Shown in pieces: positions 12,627 through 25,234 of a stretch of DNA of 64,000 nt; within the stretch, counting starts at the first letter, position 1; every line of letters starts with the position of its first letter. Below the pieces are notes generated by a model that saw nothing but the letters and a program-made list of their open reading frames with translations, had not been told where the DNA came from and searched no databases. The DNA comes from Vicugna vicugna (lineage: Eukaryota): contig MU058198.1 in NCBI GenBank assembly GCA_013265495.1, positions 2,988,419-3,052,418 on the forward strand, read 5' to 3'. A program made the translations under genes and the position numbers.

Positions 12627-14090
12627 GAAGGTCTTCATCCCAGAATAATAACAGAAGGATTTGAAGCTGCAAAGGGAAAGGGACTTCAGTTTGGGGAACA
12701 AGTCAAAATACGCAAAGAGATGAACAGGGAAAGGCTTATAGATGTGGCCAGAACATCTCTATGTACTAAAGTTCATGCTAAACTTGCTGAAGTTTTAACA
12801 GAAGCTGAAATGGACTTCATTTTAGCCATTAAAAAAAAAAAAAAGATCAATGTATTAACCTCTTCATGGCTGAGATCATGAAGATGAAATAAATTTTAAA
12901 CCTATACAAGCTTAATCTTGTTTTGGACCATGGGACACGGCATCCTGATACGAAAAAAAAATAAGTACAAAATGCGTACATCCTCACATGCAATGTACCA
13001 TAGAACAGGAAAAAACAGATGTTAAGAAGAAAGTGTGGTGGTGATTCAGATGAAGGGCTTGTTATTAATCAAAACGGCATTGACCCCTTCTCCTTAGATG
13101 CTCTTGCAAAAGAAGGCACAGGAGCTCCGCAGAGAGCTGAAAGGAGAAATGTGGAAAGGCTGACTCTTGCTTGCAGTGAGGTAGCCCTAAATTCTGCTGA
13201 TGACCTAAATCCTGGCTGGGACACGCAGGACTTGTCTATGACTACACACTGGGAGAAGCGAAGTTTGCCTTTACTGAGAAACGAGAACAATCCTCACTCC
13301 ATCACATTATCGGTCAAAGGACAAAATAAGCATGCCCTCACCAAATCAAAGATACAACAAAAGATGGCTTGAGGGCTGTTAAAAATGCTATAGATGATGG
13401 CTGTGTCATTTCACGTGCTGGTGCAGTGGAAGAGGCGATGACCGAAGCCCTGATTAAATGTAAGTACAGACAGTGTAAAGGGCAGGGCCCAATCTGGGAG
13501 TTCAAGTATTTGCTCATTATTCACAAGGTTCTTGTGCAGAACTCTGGTTTTGACCTTCAGGAAACATTAGTTTAAGTTCAACTGGAGCATTCAGAATCAG
13601 GTCAACTTGTGGGTCGGGTCACCTGAACACAGGTGAGCCAATGGTAGGCATACTGGATAACCACAGTGTAAAGAAACAGCTTCTTCATCCCTGTACTGTG
13701 ACTGCCACCGACATTTTATTGGTTCATGAAATCATGAGAGCTGGAATGTCTTCTCTAAGAGGCTGACCTGAAGCTTCCCCTGCATCATCTGAATCACGAA
13801 GACTCTACACAGTGAGCCTAGAAACAGAGCTATGGAATTCTGGTCCAAGCTTCAAATGATTTTCAAAGTAATTCTTTTCCCCCTATGAAAAAAGGAGAGA
13901 ACACTGGCACCTACTCAGATTTTGAAGTTCCGAAATTATAATCACAGTCTTTTTAAAACCACACTGCAATGTACACACAAGCAGCAGGCCGTATTTATCC
14001 AACGAACAGGATGTTTTGCTTTAGCTTCAGTTATATAAAAATGTATGTTAGATAAGCATATGTGATCTACCTTGTTATTAAATGTTCTTT
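12627..14090 (+). pseudogene. CCT6A: CCT6A (TCP1-zeta) processed pseudogene segment, from [11 protein letters not shown] to ...RAGMSSLRG* (stop 13764-13766), plus 3'UTR
   Basis: Intronless, frameshifted chaperonin peptides: [71 protein letters not shown]6A-like 3'UTR with ATTAAA at 14077-14082. Confidence 0.93.
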
Positions 14091-14210
14091 GTTGGGCAGA
14101 GAGAAAAACCACACACAGGCACGGGCCCTGTGCATTACCTGTCCATCCAATCACTCAAGTATTTACTGAGTCCCTGCTACCTGCAGAGCACTGTGCTGAG
14201 TGGCCTAAAG

Positions 14211-14370
14211 CATGCTGTCCAACAGAACGTGAAGTCTGTATCTACACTGTCCAGTATGAGAGCCGCCAGCCACACGTGTCCACTGAGTCTCTGAAAGGGG
14301 GCTAATGGAACTGAGAAACAGAATTTTTAGTTTTAATTAATTTTAACTGTAATTTAAGTAACTCCTGGCA
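14211..14370. mobile_element. MER3/MER33-like hAT relic
   Basis: gctgtccaacagaac...ctgtccagtatg...gccacacgtg...ctgagaaacagaatttttagttttaattaa. Confidence 0.6.
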
Positions 14371-14700
14371 CCTATGTTTTTAGGAGCAAAAAGTTGAGAA
14401 CCACTGAATCTAGTTACTAAAGAAAATAATTTAAAATCTCTAAATTGAAACCAAAAAATAACTTTATCATTAATCATCAAAAAGTGAAAAAAGAAGGAAC
14501 TAGACAAAGGTTCGTTTCTAGAGCATTTCAATTAATCAAGGGTTTGAGAAATGTAAACTGCCTTTTGTTAAGGTCCTAAAAGGAGTAACACTAAGATGCC
14601 CACCACACGTGCAGAACCTAGTAAATGCAAAAATCCTGGGGAGTTTTCTGGGGCATAATTTGTTCCTACCCTCACCCAAGAAATGCTGCCCAATCCTTAC

Positions 14701-14830
14701 CCGTTCCTCTTTGGTGTAGAGTTGGAAACACTGGGATAAAGTGCAAGTCTGAGGCTGATGGTGACGCTCCCTTTGCAGACGGACGCTTTCTGCATCAGGG
14801 ATATACTCATCTTCAGTATTTACAAACAAA
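14701..14830 (-). CDS. USP31: USP31 exon 11 (LFVNTEDEYIPDAESVRLQRERHHQPQTCTLSQCFQLYTKEER)
   Basis: Acceptor ggcag|, donor |gtaagg, 130 nt, phase 2-0. Confidence 0.95.
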
Positions 14831-15293
14831 CTGCCATCGGGAGGAAAAAGTATTTATCAGAGAGTGTCTTACAAAACTGACACAAAATACAATTAACAGC
14901 TTCACAATACAGCTATAAATTCATAACCAAAAAGACCAACAATTAAGAAAGTAAAAGTGGCAATCCAACTTTTCAATGTTCCAAAATGTTCTTGAAAAGT
15001 TCTCTATCTATAAAGTTATTTCCAAGAAATAACTTGGAATTGGTTTTTCTGGAATTGGCCACAAACTGTGCTGACTAATTCATATATTCTTGTCCTTTGT
15101 ATCAAAGGGCATGCATTTGGCATAACTGTCTAGAATTAATGGGCCTGTAACAAAAATCAAAGTAATCTGACCTACACAGTACTTAATGAATATACAGCTT
15201 CTGTCTCATTAAGCAGCAAACAAATGTTCTAAGGTTTGGGGATCCACACAACAGACTGTATAGGAGAGAAATTATTAATAAACTGCTTAAATA

Positions 15294-15438
15294 GGGGAGA
15301 AGGTGTAGCTCAGTGGTAGAGGACATGCTTAGCAATGCATGAGGTCCTGGGTTCAATCCCCAGCATCCTCCACTAAAAATAAATAAATGAATAAATAAAC
15401 CTAACCACCTCCCCTCACCAAACAACAACAACAAAAAA
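15294..15438 (+). mobile_element. tRNA-Ala-derived SINE
   Basis: GGGGAGAAGGTGTAGCTCAGTGGTAGAG...GGTTCAATCCCCAG, with (taaa)n and (caa)n tail. Confidence 0.88.
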
Positions 15439-15592
15439 TAGAATCAGAACAAACTTTTAAAGGATTAGCAACATACATTTTCTTCCTTAAAGAGAGGTTT
15501 GTGTTTCAACTACTTTGAAAGATCAAAGAAAAGTATGCTATTAAAATGAATTAAACAGTGACTCTATAAACATTAAGTAAAAAAGTACTTAC

Positions 15593-15670
15593 AAATCTTT
15601 TGTCTCCTTGTCCCATTCTACCACTAATTTCACATGAGCAGTGCCACCTGGTCCACAAGATTTTAGTGCC
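15593..15670 (-). CDS. USP31: USP31 exon 10 (ALKSCGPGGTAHVKLVVEWDKETKD-F)
   Basis: Acceptor ctgcag|, donor |gtaagt, 78 nt, phase 2-2. Confidence 0.95.
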
Positions 15671-17087
15671 CTGCAGGATGAGGAGTGGTGTCTCATATTA
15701 TTTTCTAAATAAATTGTTTTAAATATGATTGTCCTACCTAAAATCATAATGTGATTACTAAAAATCTCCATCATCGTCGTTTCCCATCAGAAAAAGTTTC
15801 TAGTGAGACCATTATAATCTCCTATTTAATAACTAGACTACAAAGGAAAAATCCTTAAGTTAAAACATCCAACATAGAAATAAAGATACTGGAAGAAATT
15901 TAGTACCACACTACAAAGCTATCCACAGTAACTCTTAGATGTTACCATCTTTCCAATTTCTGTCCAGCTTCTCACCAGGACTGACAGGACGACAGTCTCT
16001 CTGGGAACAAAGTCTGCTCCTGCACCTCTCCTCCTTCCCTCATAAACCATGCCTGCTCCCTGGACTGTGCCCACGCCAATTTAAACTTGAGGGGTGTCCT
16101 GCAGAGCACCCAAGTTTCACCTCACTTGTTCCCCTGAGCTCCTTGGCTCCTTGTCATCTCCAGAGACACTCAGCATTAACTGAGTCAATATTACACATAA
16201 AATGGGTTTTTTTTATGTTTTGCAATGTTTTGAATCATTATCTAATCTATTGATTCTCACCTTTAAAACCAAACAGTGAGCTGTTTTCAAACGGAACAAT
16301 GTTGTATACTTTTTGGAATCCTGAAATGCAGGCACTACAATATTTATTGAAAAAACCATTATAATAAAAACGTGTTTTTATATTTATATGTATCCATAAT
16401 GTGTCTATATACACATATCTATTCTTCTATTAATAATGTAGAGTGTTGTAATATAACAGAGGTGGCAGAGCGGAGTGACAAATTCTAAGGGGGGTGGGGA
16501 GGAGGAACAGTGTGAAGAGACGCTCAAAAGGAAGGTATTATCAACAGAGGAAACCACACGTGCAGAGGCACAATACAACCAACTGTATGTGCGAACAATC
16601 CTCACTACTCGGATGCCGCTGAAGGTTTAAGACAGTGGGGAGAGAAGAACGAGGCCTCACACAAGGGAAGCAATCAGGGTTCAAACTGTGAAGAACTTCC
16701 TTTACTTGGAAACTGGGTTCCAGCTTTTAGGCCACAAGTCACCATTTAAGGATTTCAAGGAGGAAAGCGGTCTGATTAGAATTCTACTTTGGAAAGCTTC
16801 AATCTTGGTGAATATGAAAGTGCAATTCATCTGCCGTTTTGAAACATAGATTCATTTACCTTCCTAACTAATTCATTTTCCTAAATACTCCAAGCTTTTC
16901 TGATGCCAAAAAAGATCATAAAACATATCCTACTCAAGTAAGAATTTAAAATAAAATAAGTGCTTACTTTCTAAATGAGCCTGAGTAACCTACCACACTT
17001 CCGTGGAAATTGTATCAGACATCACTGGAAATCACACACAAGCATATACGAAATTCTAGAAGGTGATTTTAATTTTTTTGTTTTTAC

Positions 17088-17182
17088 CTTTCTACTGTTG
17101 GGTGGCACAGGGGCTGCTCCTCCTGGGGCAGCAAGTATGTTATTCCCACAACACTGACCACGCGCAAACTGAATGGACACAC
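17088..17182 (-). CDS. USP31: USP31 exon 9 (VCPFSLRVVSVVGITYLLPQEEQPLCHPTVE-R)
   Basis: Acceptor gacgcag|, donor |gtaaaa, 95 nt, phase 0-2. Confidence 0.94.
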
Positions 17183-17541
17183 CTGCGTCAAATGGTAAAG
17201 GAGAATCAGGCCAGGTTTCTCTTCGAGGGCATCTGTTTCACAGAGGCATTTCCAAAACAGATTAGAGGGACAGCAAACTGTTCTGCAAAACGCTTCTCCA
17301 CAATATTATGTTAGGTTGTTGGGCCACTCTAATACACTTTAAATACGATTTACCCAAGTGAAATTTACGTATCAAATATGTTATGCAAGACAAGTAATAT
17401 GTTGCTTTAGTTGAACATTAACTTAAGTTTTCCATGGATACCTTAACATAGTAATCATAATTCTGGAATACACAGACAGATATTCTATAAAATCTCTCCA
17501 AGCTGACCATGTGCTAAGCTTTATTAGACAAAATATTATAA

Positions 17542-17691
17542 GGGCGGGTGTGTATAGCTTAAGTGGTAGAGCACATGCTTAGCAAGCACAAGGTCCTGGG
17601 TTCAATCCCCAGTACCTCCATCAAAAAACTAAACAAATAAATAAATCTAATTCCAGCCCCAACAAAAAAATAATTAAATAAAATAATTTTT
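17542..17691 (+). mobile_element. tRNA-Ala-derived SINE
   Basis: A and B boxes, A-rich tail, flanked by the imperfect repeat aaaatatta(t/c)aa. Confidence 0.88.
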
Positions 17692-17954
17692 AAAATATTA
17701 CAAAGGAACACTAGCAGTTCACAGAAGACCTTGCAGTGGCCAGCTCCCTTGAGAAAATGAGGGGTAATTCCTTAGTGTTAAAAATCTGAACACAGCTGAT
17801 TATATTAAACATGCTTTCTCCAGGGCTTCCCAACATTCCAGCGCAGTGTTTAGTCTTCCCTGAGGGCAAAGGTATGAATATCCAATTTCACTGCAGTGAT
17901 TGTTTCTTCAATGGTTACACACATGCTATACTGGAGTATCAAAGGCTTACACAC

Positions 17955-18066
17955 CTGAATGCAAACCGTGGGCCTCAAGAAATACTTCATCTTCTCCAAG
18001 ATTTCCTTCTGTAGAAGGTCCCATGCTATTGTCTTCTCTAAGTGCAGCACAAAGGGCAGTCCAAAT
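17955..18066 (-). CDS. USP31: USP31 exon 8 (FGLPFVLHLEKTIAWDLLQKEILEKMKYFLRPTVCIQ)
   Basis: Acceptor gttag|, donor CAG|gtgtgt, 112 nt, phase 2-0. Confidence 0.93.
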
Positions 18067-18617
18067 CTAACACACATAAACACTGTAATCACCTTCAAAA
18101 GTATGACAACTCCTTTAATATGATAATTCCTTATTTGTGATCTTTTTAAATGGAGTCACAATACAATTAGTTTTAGGACAGTTCTCAAAATAAAACAAAT
18201 AGGAAATTTAACACTTTCATTAAGTGGATGAAAGAGTCAGAAGAGAAACTTAGGTTTCTAAACAAATTAAACAACTCACATACCAAAATGGCTTCCACTA
18301 GCGTATGATGCTATAGGATATTACATAGCAAGGTGACAGGGTTAGTGGGGACGGAGGAAAGCAGGTGGGAGTGAACACGAGTCGAGTAAACAGCATGGGT
18401 CAAACATATAAGGGGTCAGATGCCAGAGGAACAGTCAGAGAGGACTGCACGGTCTAGCAGGGAGATGGCCACATCCTGGTAGCCTGACCACGAGGAAGGC
18501 ACTGGCAAGCAAGCGACACTGAAAGTCAGCTGCTAGCCTAGGGTAGAAGCCACACAGCCCCTGCCAAGTTTCCTACCCAGTACTGAGCTCATAGGTGTTA
18601 GAGAACCAGACGCAGTG

Positions 18618-18791
18618 CCGTGGTTCTCAGCCATGGCTGAAGGCTGCTATCACTGAGGGAGCTTTACAACACCTGCCCAAGAGCAGGTCCCCGAGATTCT
18701 GCTGTAATCACTCTGGTCTGTGGCTCAAGCACTGAGATGTTTTAGGGCTTCCCAGGTAGTTGTGATATGCTGCCCAAGTGGAGGAGCTCTG
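18618..18791. mobile_element. MER5-like hAT relic
   Basis: gtggttctcagcc...gagattctg...cttcccaggtagttgtgatatgc. Confidence 0.55.
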
Positions 18792-18799
18792 CCTCGCCT

Positions 18800-19175
18800 T
18801 AACTCTCACCCAAACCCCAGCCACTCAGACCTATCTGCTGTGCCCTGAATGCATCCGACTCACACATCCAAAGTACAGCCAATCCCCTCAGCCTGGAATA
18901 CCCTTCCCATTGCTCTTTTAGGCTGTTTCCCACTCATCCACATAAGGACCCAGTGCAGGATCTTCTCCAGAAAACACCATGTTGATCTGTTCTCTGAGTG
19001 CTCTGCACCACAGCACTACTGCCCTGCAAATACTGCCTGCCTATTTCCCCGCGCCTCCACCAGCCCACTGTGGGTTATCTGACAGCAGAGGCTATGACTT
19101 ACTCTTCTTAGTAGCACAAACAGCCAATGCCTGGAAAATAGCAGATGCTGAATGAATGAACAAATGAATGAATAC
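18800..19175 (+). mobile_element. L2 3' end relic
   Basis: ccctcagcctggaatacccttccc... ending in (tgaa)n, the typical L2 tail. Confidence 0.6.
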
Positions 19176-20569
19176 ATAAACAGATAAATCCCGACTCAGG
19201 TCAAAGCAGAGGTCCTCAGGTCACCAAGATACCTGCTCCTAGCAAATACCAGTTTACTCAAAGCAGTATTCAACAGCCAGCCTACCTGCCTATAAGCTGT
19301 GAGGTGAAGTACATTACAAGCACAATGTGAAAACCGTCTGGCCGTATTCATCATATGAGAATGTCTTCACTTTTAAGAGACCAGCATCGTGAAGGGGATT
19401 CCATTAAGTTATTTTATACAAATACAATGAGCTGCCTTTCCTTCTGTCCTTTTAGTCTCAGCCTCTTTGCACCTGATGTCCCCTTTTCATGAGATCCTTT
19501 CCCCAAGGCTCACACAGCCCACGCCTTCTTACTCAGCTCAGCCCAGCTGCACCTCCTCAGGGAGGCGCTCCCTGACCTCCCCGCCTGATACAGTTTTGCC
19601 AACCTCACCCCACCACTGGCACTTTCTATCATACCAGCCTGTTTAAATATCTTCAAAGTGGTAATGATGTCTGAAGTTAAACGCGTTTACTTGGTTTTAG
19701 TTGCTCTGTCCTAACAAGGATGCAAGCTCCAGGAGAACACAGATCCTGCTGCATCTCTAATGTTTAGAACAGTGTCCGACACACTGTAAACAATACAGTA
19801 TTTGCTGATGAACACCGTAAATAGACAAATCAACACATTTTGCATTTACATTATTTACCATTCTTCAATAAGAAACTTACTTCAAAGCAACATTTTAAAA
19901 GTTTAATACAAATGCTACCCTGACGAATACTAGAGACACAGTATTCTTCCTCCCTGAAATATATCTTTATCTTGTTACTACTCAGGTTACATTATTATGA
20001 TGATAAAGTCACTTTCAAAGACAGCCTAAAACTCCCACAAATTCTTACACTGGGAAACAGATTTGAGACAGATTTCTAACTCCCAAATTTCCAACTAACT
20101 GTGGCTGAATGAAAAGTGGTGCCATTTGCTGAGACAGGAAATACTGGAGGGCCAGGTTTACAGGGAAAGATAATGAGCTTAGTCTGGAACATAAGACTGA
20201 GGTGCACATACCATCCAAGTAGATTTGTTAAAAAACTTAAAAAAAAAGTTAAGAAAGTAGCTGGATATAGGTCTATAGGTCTAAAGCCTCAAAAGGATCT
20301 TGAGCTGAAAATATACATGTGAAATAAGCTTTTGAAAACTGCATGAGCTTGAAGAGCTTTTTTAACTCAGACTTTTATCATCCTAATTTTATATTCTCCC
20401 CCTCCCAAGCCCTCAAATCAGGTCAACTTACACACATGCTCTTTTTAAATAACAGAATCAAAAATTAACTACTAAAAGTAAGGATTTTTTTAGCTCTATT
20501 TTTTAAGACATTTGAAAATATTAGACTTTCAAAGTCTTAACACTTATTAGAAAATAAGCTGGTTTTCAC

Positions 20570-20750
20570 CTTTTCCCTTGCTGCCCAGTGCAGGCTCGGT
20601 TACACACTAACAGAACAATCTTGTCGCTCCCTGGTTTTGCAGGGCGCAGGTCCACTTTTCCTTGCTTTGCGGCTGCTTGTGTTGGAGAAGACAGTCTATG
20701 ATGATCCAAGCCAAATTTCAAGTGGTTTAGGTTGTTGTTTAAATGGATTC
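20570..20750 (-). CDS. USP31: USP31 exon 7 (IHLNNNLNHLKFGLDHHRLSSPTQAAAKQGKVDLRPAKPGSDKIVLLVCNRACTGQQGK-R)
   Basis: Acceptor ttttag|, donor |gtgaaa, 181 nt, phase 1-2. Confidence 0.93.
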
Positions 20751-22879
20751 CTAAAATAAAATAAAAACTTACTTTATCTCTTCAAAAAATTTTATTCACC
20801 CATTACAAGAAACATTTACCCATTAGAGAAATTAAGAAGTTGTCAATATGTAATTTCAACTGCAGTTGAGAAAAGGAACAAATGATCTACTTTGAGATTA
20901 TTCAACTAGCCATTAAGATGATTTTTAGCATCCGTTATCTCATTTAAACTGACCTTACCTATCTCAAAAACTGAAAATTAAAACTCTTCACTTCAACGAA
21001 CATTACATACAGTTTGCAGAGCTGATCCACCAAGACAAATTTAAAGTAAGACCATACAACCAGCAACCAAATAAAATGTTTTAATAAAACATAAAGACTG
21101 GTACATGTGGAATAATCTTCAATATTCCAATAGCAGCTTCTTTTCCCTGATTGAAGAGCCAGATTTACAAGAAATTTGCAGAACTTTAATACAATCAGCT
21201 AGACTGGATTGAACTACATTAAAGTGAACAAAAATATATGTCTGACAGGCACAGTAGTGGTTGCTGAAAACCACGTCTTCAGAAATGCCCCAAAGCAGAG
21301 CTATCTGTCAATCAGAGGTACTCAGCACAGAGCACCTGTCCCTGCATCTAGTCTGAACTCAATAATTACTTGATTAAATAACTGCTCATCTCTTCAATCC
21401 TTTAGAACTAGAGTCTAAGGAAACGTTACTCAAATGATACTAGGGAACAGAAAAAGCCCTCCACCACCACCACACCAAAAAAATAATACCACCATCACCA
21501 GAAGGAGAATAAAATAAAAGGTGGTTTACACAAAAGTATTCATAGCAAAACTCCATCAAGAACCTAAATATCCAGAAATAGGAGGTTTGTTGAACCTATG
21601 AGGTATGTCGGTGTTACAGCAATTTAAAATGACAAATGCATATTTAATACCAAAATAAATTCCAGATAAATTAGTTTAAAAATTAAGAACACAGATGCTA
21701 GAAATAAGGAAGAACTGAATCTTCACCAAGCTATTAGAGGAAAGAAAACTTTTTAAGCATACCATAAAAAAACCACAAAAGAGCATCAGATTTCCCTTCA
21801 TAACCTTTTTAAACTTTGGTATGAGAAAATAAATAGAAGTCTGAATCTCAGACGATGAATGGGTTCTTTTCCCAGGTTCTTGGTAGAAGGAAGGCTGGGA
21901 AGATCTGTTCTGCTAAAAGTGATCAGGATTCCTAACGAGATGAGAGGACACCACTCAGATGCTCAGAAACCAAGCTCTGCATTCAAAGTCTAGACATGTT
22001 ACTACCAGTGGTGTGACCCCCGCCTGTTACCAAACCTAAGTCTTAGCTCCCTGATCTGTAAACTGGAGAAAAGAGGAGTCCCATGTGTACTGGTCAAAAT
22101 ATTCATGAGGCCTTTATAAAGAAGAGGCTTACACATATTCACTACGTGGTATATTCTTCCAACAAAGGCACTCACTCTCTCGCTAGACTATATACCCTTG
22201 GACCTCACCAAATTCACTTATAAACAGAAACTTGGTGCTAACCCTAAGCAACTGGGCTACAAAGGGAAATTTGGGGAAACTTCCAGTTGGACAAATGTTA
22301 TCTGTGCTCTTGCTATGTATCAGGAACTATACTGAACTGCTGGGTACAGAAAGATGAAGCAAAATGTAGTCTCAATCACAGAGCATTTCACAGTGTGGTA
22401 GGAAGGCTAGAGAAGAAAACAGATCATTTCCACACAAAATGCTACTGTCAGAGATCAGCAGAAGCTACACTGAACTCAGGAGAGCAGGAGTCAATCAGCC
22501 AGCCTGGGGTAGGGGGACGTGGGGAAAGGCTTTCTGGACAAGATGATTTTGATGACTGGCTATTTTTGACTATAATGCAATTAAAATTAGAAAACAACAG
22601 CACATGCATAAAAATGCAACAACTAGAAGACAAACAAAAAAAAGCTCCCAAGTCAAAGAATGAAAACTGAAACAGCAGACTGTCTAAAAAATAATAATGT
22701 AAATATGAGTAGACCAGAGAAAACTGAATCCTAGGCTGGCAGTGGAGAAAGCTGACCAACCTAACATACAGTATGACCAAAAGGTTCAGAAACTAGAGGC
22801 ACTAGAGACCTCTGGAAGCAGAGGTGAAGGAAAAGAAGAACTAAAATAAGAGACCTTTCTACAGAGTCACCTTTCTACA

Positions 22880-23960
22880 GAGAATAGTCTCTTCAACAAA
22901 TGGTGCTGGGACTACTGAATATTCACATGTAAAAGAAAGGAGTTGAATTCCTACTTCACACCACTCACAAAAATTAACTCAAAATGAATCAAAGACCTAA
23001 ATGTAAGAGCTATAACTATAAAACACCTAGAAGAAAACATAGCTGTAAATCTTCATGGCCTTGGAATCCATTTGGTGATGGATTCTTTGATATGACATCA
23101 AAAGCAAAAGCAACAAAAGGGGAAAAAAAAGATAAATCAGACTTTATCAAAATTAAGAACTTTTGTGCATCAAAGGACACTATAAGAAAGTAAAAAGATA
23201 ACCCAAAGAATAGGAGAAAATATTTGCAAGTCATATATCTAGTATCCAGCATATGTAAACAACACTTACAACTCAAAAACAAGAAGACAAACAACTTAAT
23301 TTTAAAATAGGGAAAGGACTTGAACAAGCATTTATCTAAAGAGGATATACAAATGGTCAACAATCACATGAAACGATGATCAACACCATTTACCATTAGG
23401 AAAATGCGAGTAAAAATCACAGTGATATTAACACTTCACACCCCCTAGGATAACTTTAATTAAAAAGACAGAAAATAACAAATATTAACAAGAATATGGA
23501 GAAATTGTAACTCTCACACATTGCTGGTGGGGATGAAAAATGCTGTGGAAAACAGTCTGGCAATTCCTCCGAAGGTTAAATACAGAATTACCATATGACC
23601 CAGCATTTTCACTTTTAGGTATATCCTCAGAAAGAACTGAAAATAGGTATTCAAACAAATACTTGTGCATGAATGATCATAGCAGCACTATTTCATAATA
23701 GCCAAAAGGTGGAAACAACCCAAATGTCCATCAGTGGATAAACAAAATGTGGTATATACATACAATGGAGTAACATTCAGCCATAACAAGGAATAAAAGA
23801 CCAATATATCCTACAATGTGGATGAATCTTGAAATATTATGCTAAGCAAAAGAAGCAAGTCACAAAAGGCCACATAGTATATGATTCCATTAATATAAAA
23901 GTTTAGACTAGGGAAACCTACAGACAGAAAGCAGAATTGCGGTTGCTTAGAAACGGGCAA
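22880..23960 (+). mobile_element. L1 fragment (ORF2 3' part and 3'UTR), degenerate
   Basis: ttcaacaaatggtgctggg...aaagacctaaatgtaagagc...ccatatgacccagca...ggaaacaacccaaatgtccatca. Confidence 0.9.
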
Positions 23961-24686
23961 GATGGGGAGATTGGGAGGTGGTCTTAGGGTAGACAAAGTA
24001 GGAGCTAATGAGACAGGAGCTGGAGAAATGAATTTGCAACAGAGGAAACACTAGGGAGAGTATTAAAGCATGAGGCATGTTCAAGGAATAAAGAGTAACT
24101 TGGATACAATACATGAGGAATAAGATGAAATATAGCAGAGGGGCTGGAAAAAAGGCAAAGACTAAATCATGAAGGGCCATGCATCTTCCAAGGTGTTTAG
24201 ATTTAATCGTAGACAAAGACCAAGAGGAACCACTGGTACATCAGTAAGCATGTAACATGATCAGAACTGTCTGTTGGATTAAGTCTTGTGGCACTGTGAG
24301 GAAATAACTGAACGGGTAAAGAAGTTACTAGAAAAGCCCAGCTGAGACTGGTCTGCACTGTGTCAGTGGCAGTAGAATCAAGAGGAAAGCTGCAGAGTGT
24401 TTGATCAGTTCTTTGTGAATTTTTGAGGGAGAAGTCAAAATTTGAGGGAGTAGTGGGACCCAGCTCAGGTGAAGAGACAAATGGAGATGCTGCATTCCAT
24501 GGAAGAAATGCACGAGGAACTAAGGCAGAAATGCTCAGTGTAAGATGCCTGTGGGACTCTACGGAGGGATTCCAGTGGACAGCTGGAAGTCAGGGAACAG
24601 AACCAGAAGAAAAGTGGGGGCTAGTGGAGAGTTTAGTTCGAAAAATTCACAGCAGGAGCAAATACTGGTAAGACTGGGTAGAGAAA

Positions 24687-24840
24687 CAGTTTTCAAACTT
24701 TCATGTGCATCAGAATCACCTGTTGAAAACAGACTGCTGGGCCCTGTCCCCAGCATTCCTCATTAAGTGAGTCTGGGGTGGCAACCAAGAATTTGCATTT
24801 CTAGCCAGTTCCCAGGTGACACTGATGCTTTGATAACCAC
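24687..24840. mobile_element. MER5A relic
   Basis: ttcaaacttt...gcatcagaatcacctg...aagaatttgcatttctagccagttcccaggtga. Confidence 0.75.
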
Positions 24841-25089
24841 CAGAGTAGAGCAAAAAGAAGAGAAGCCCTAGGATCTTGAAGGGCACTAAGGCCAGGAACA
24901 AAGTTCTTCCCAGGAACTCCCTTCTTACAGGGAAACAGGTTACCTAAAATCGGTATCATCATAAAAAGATGTGTTATGTGTATTTTACCCCAATTTTAAA
25001 AACTATACCATCATATAATAATCTAAAAGGGTAGACAGTTGTTAAACCTGCAAACCCAGGTGGTATTATGGAAACATATGCTCATTTAC

Positions 25090-25234
25090 CTCTTTGACTG
25101 AGAATTCCTTCAGGCCTAAATATTTCTGGAGTCTCAAAGGCAAAAATGCAGTCGCTTTCATGGACTGTTTCCAGGTCGTCTGTGTCACAAAAGGAACGAT
25201 GGAACCCATCATAGTACATTTCTGTTAACACAAT
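25090..25234 (-). CDS. USP31: USP31 exon 6 (IVLTEMYYDGFHRSFCDTDDLETVHESDCIFAFETPEIFRPEGILSQR-G)
   Basis: Acceptor tttag|, donor |gtaaat, 145 nt, phase 0-1. Confidence 0.95.

Noticed and set aside
12558..13575. CCT6A-like ORFs as a functional retrogene
   Set aside because: The N-terminal ~110 codons are missing, and there are multiple frameshifts, stops and an internal deletion.
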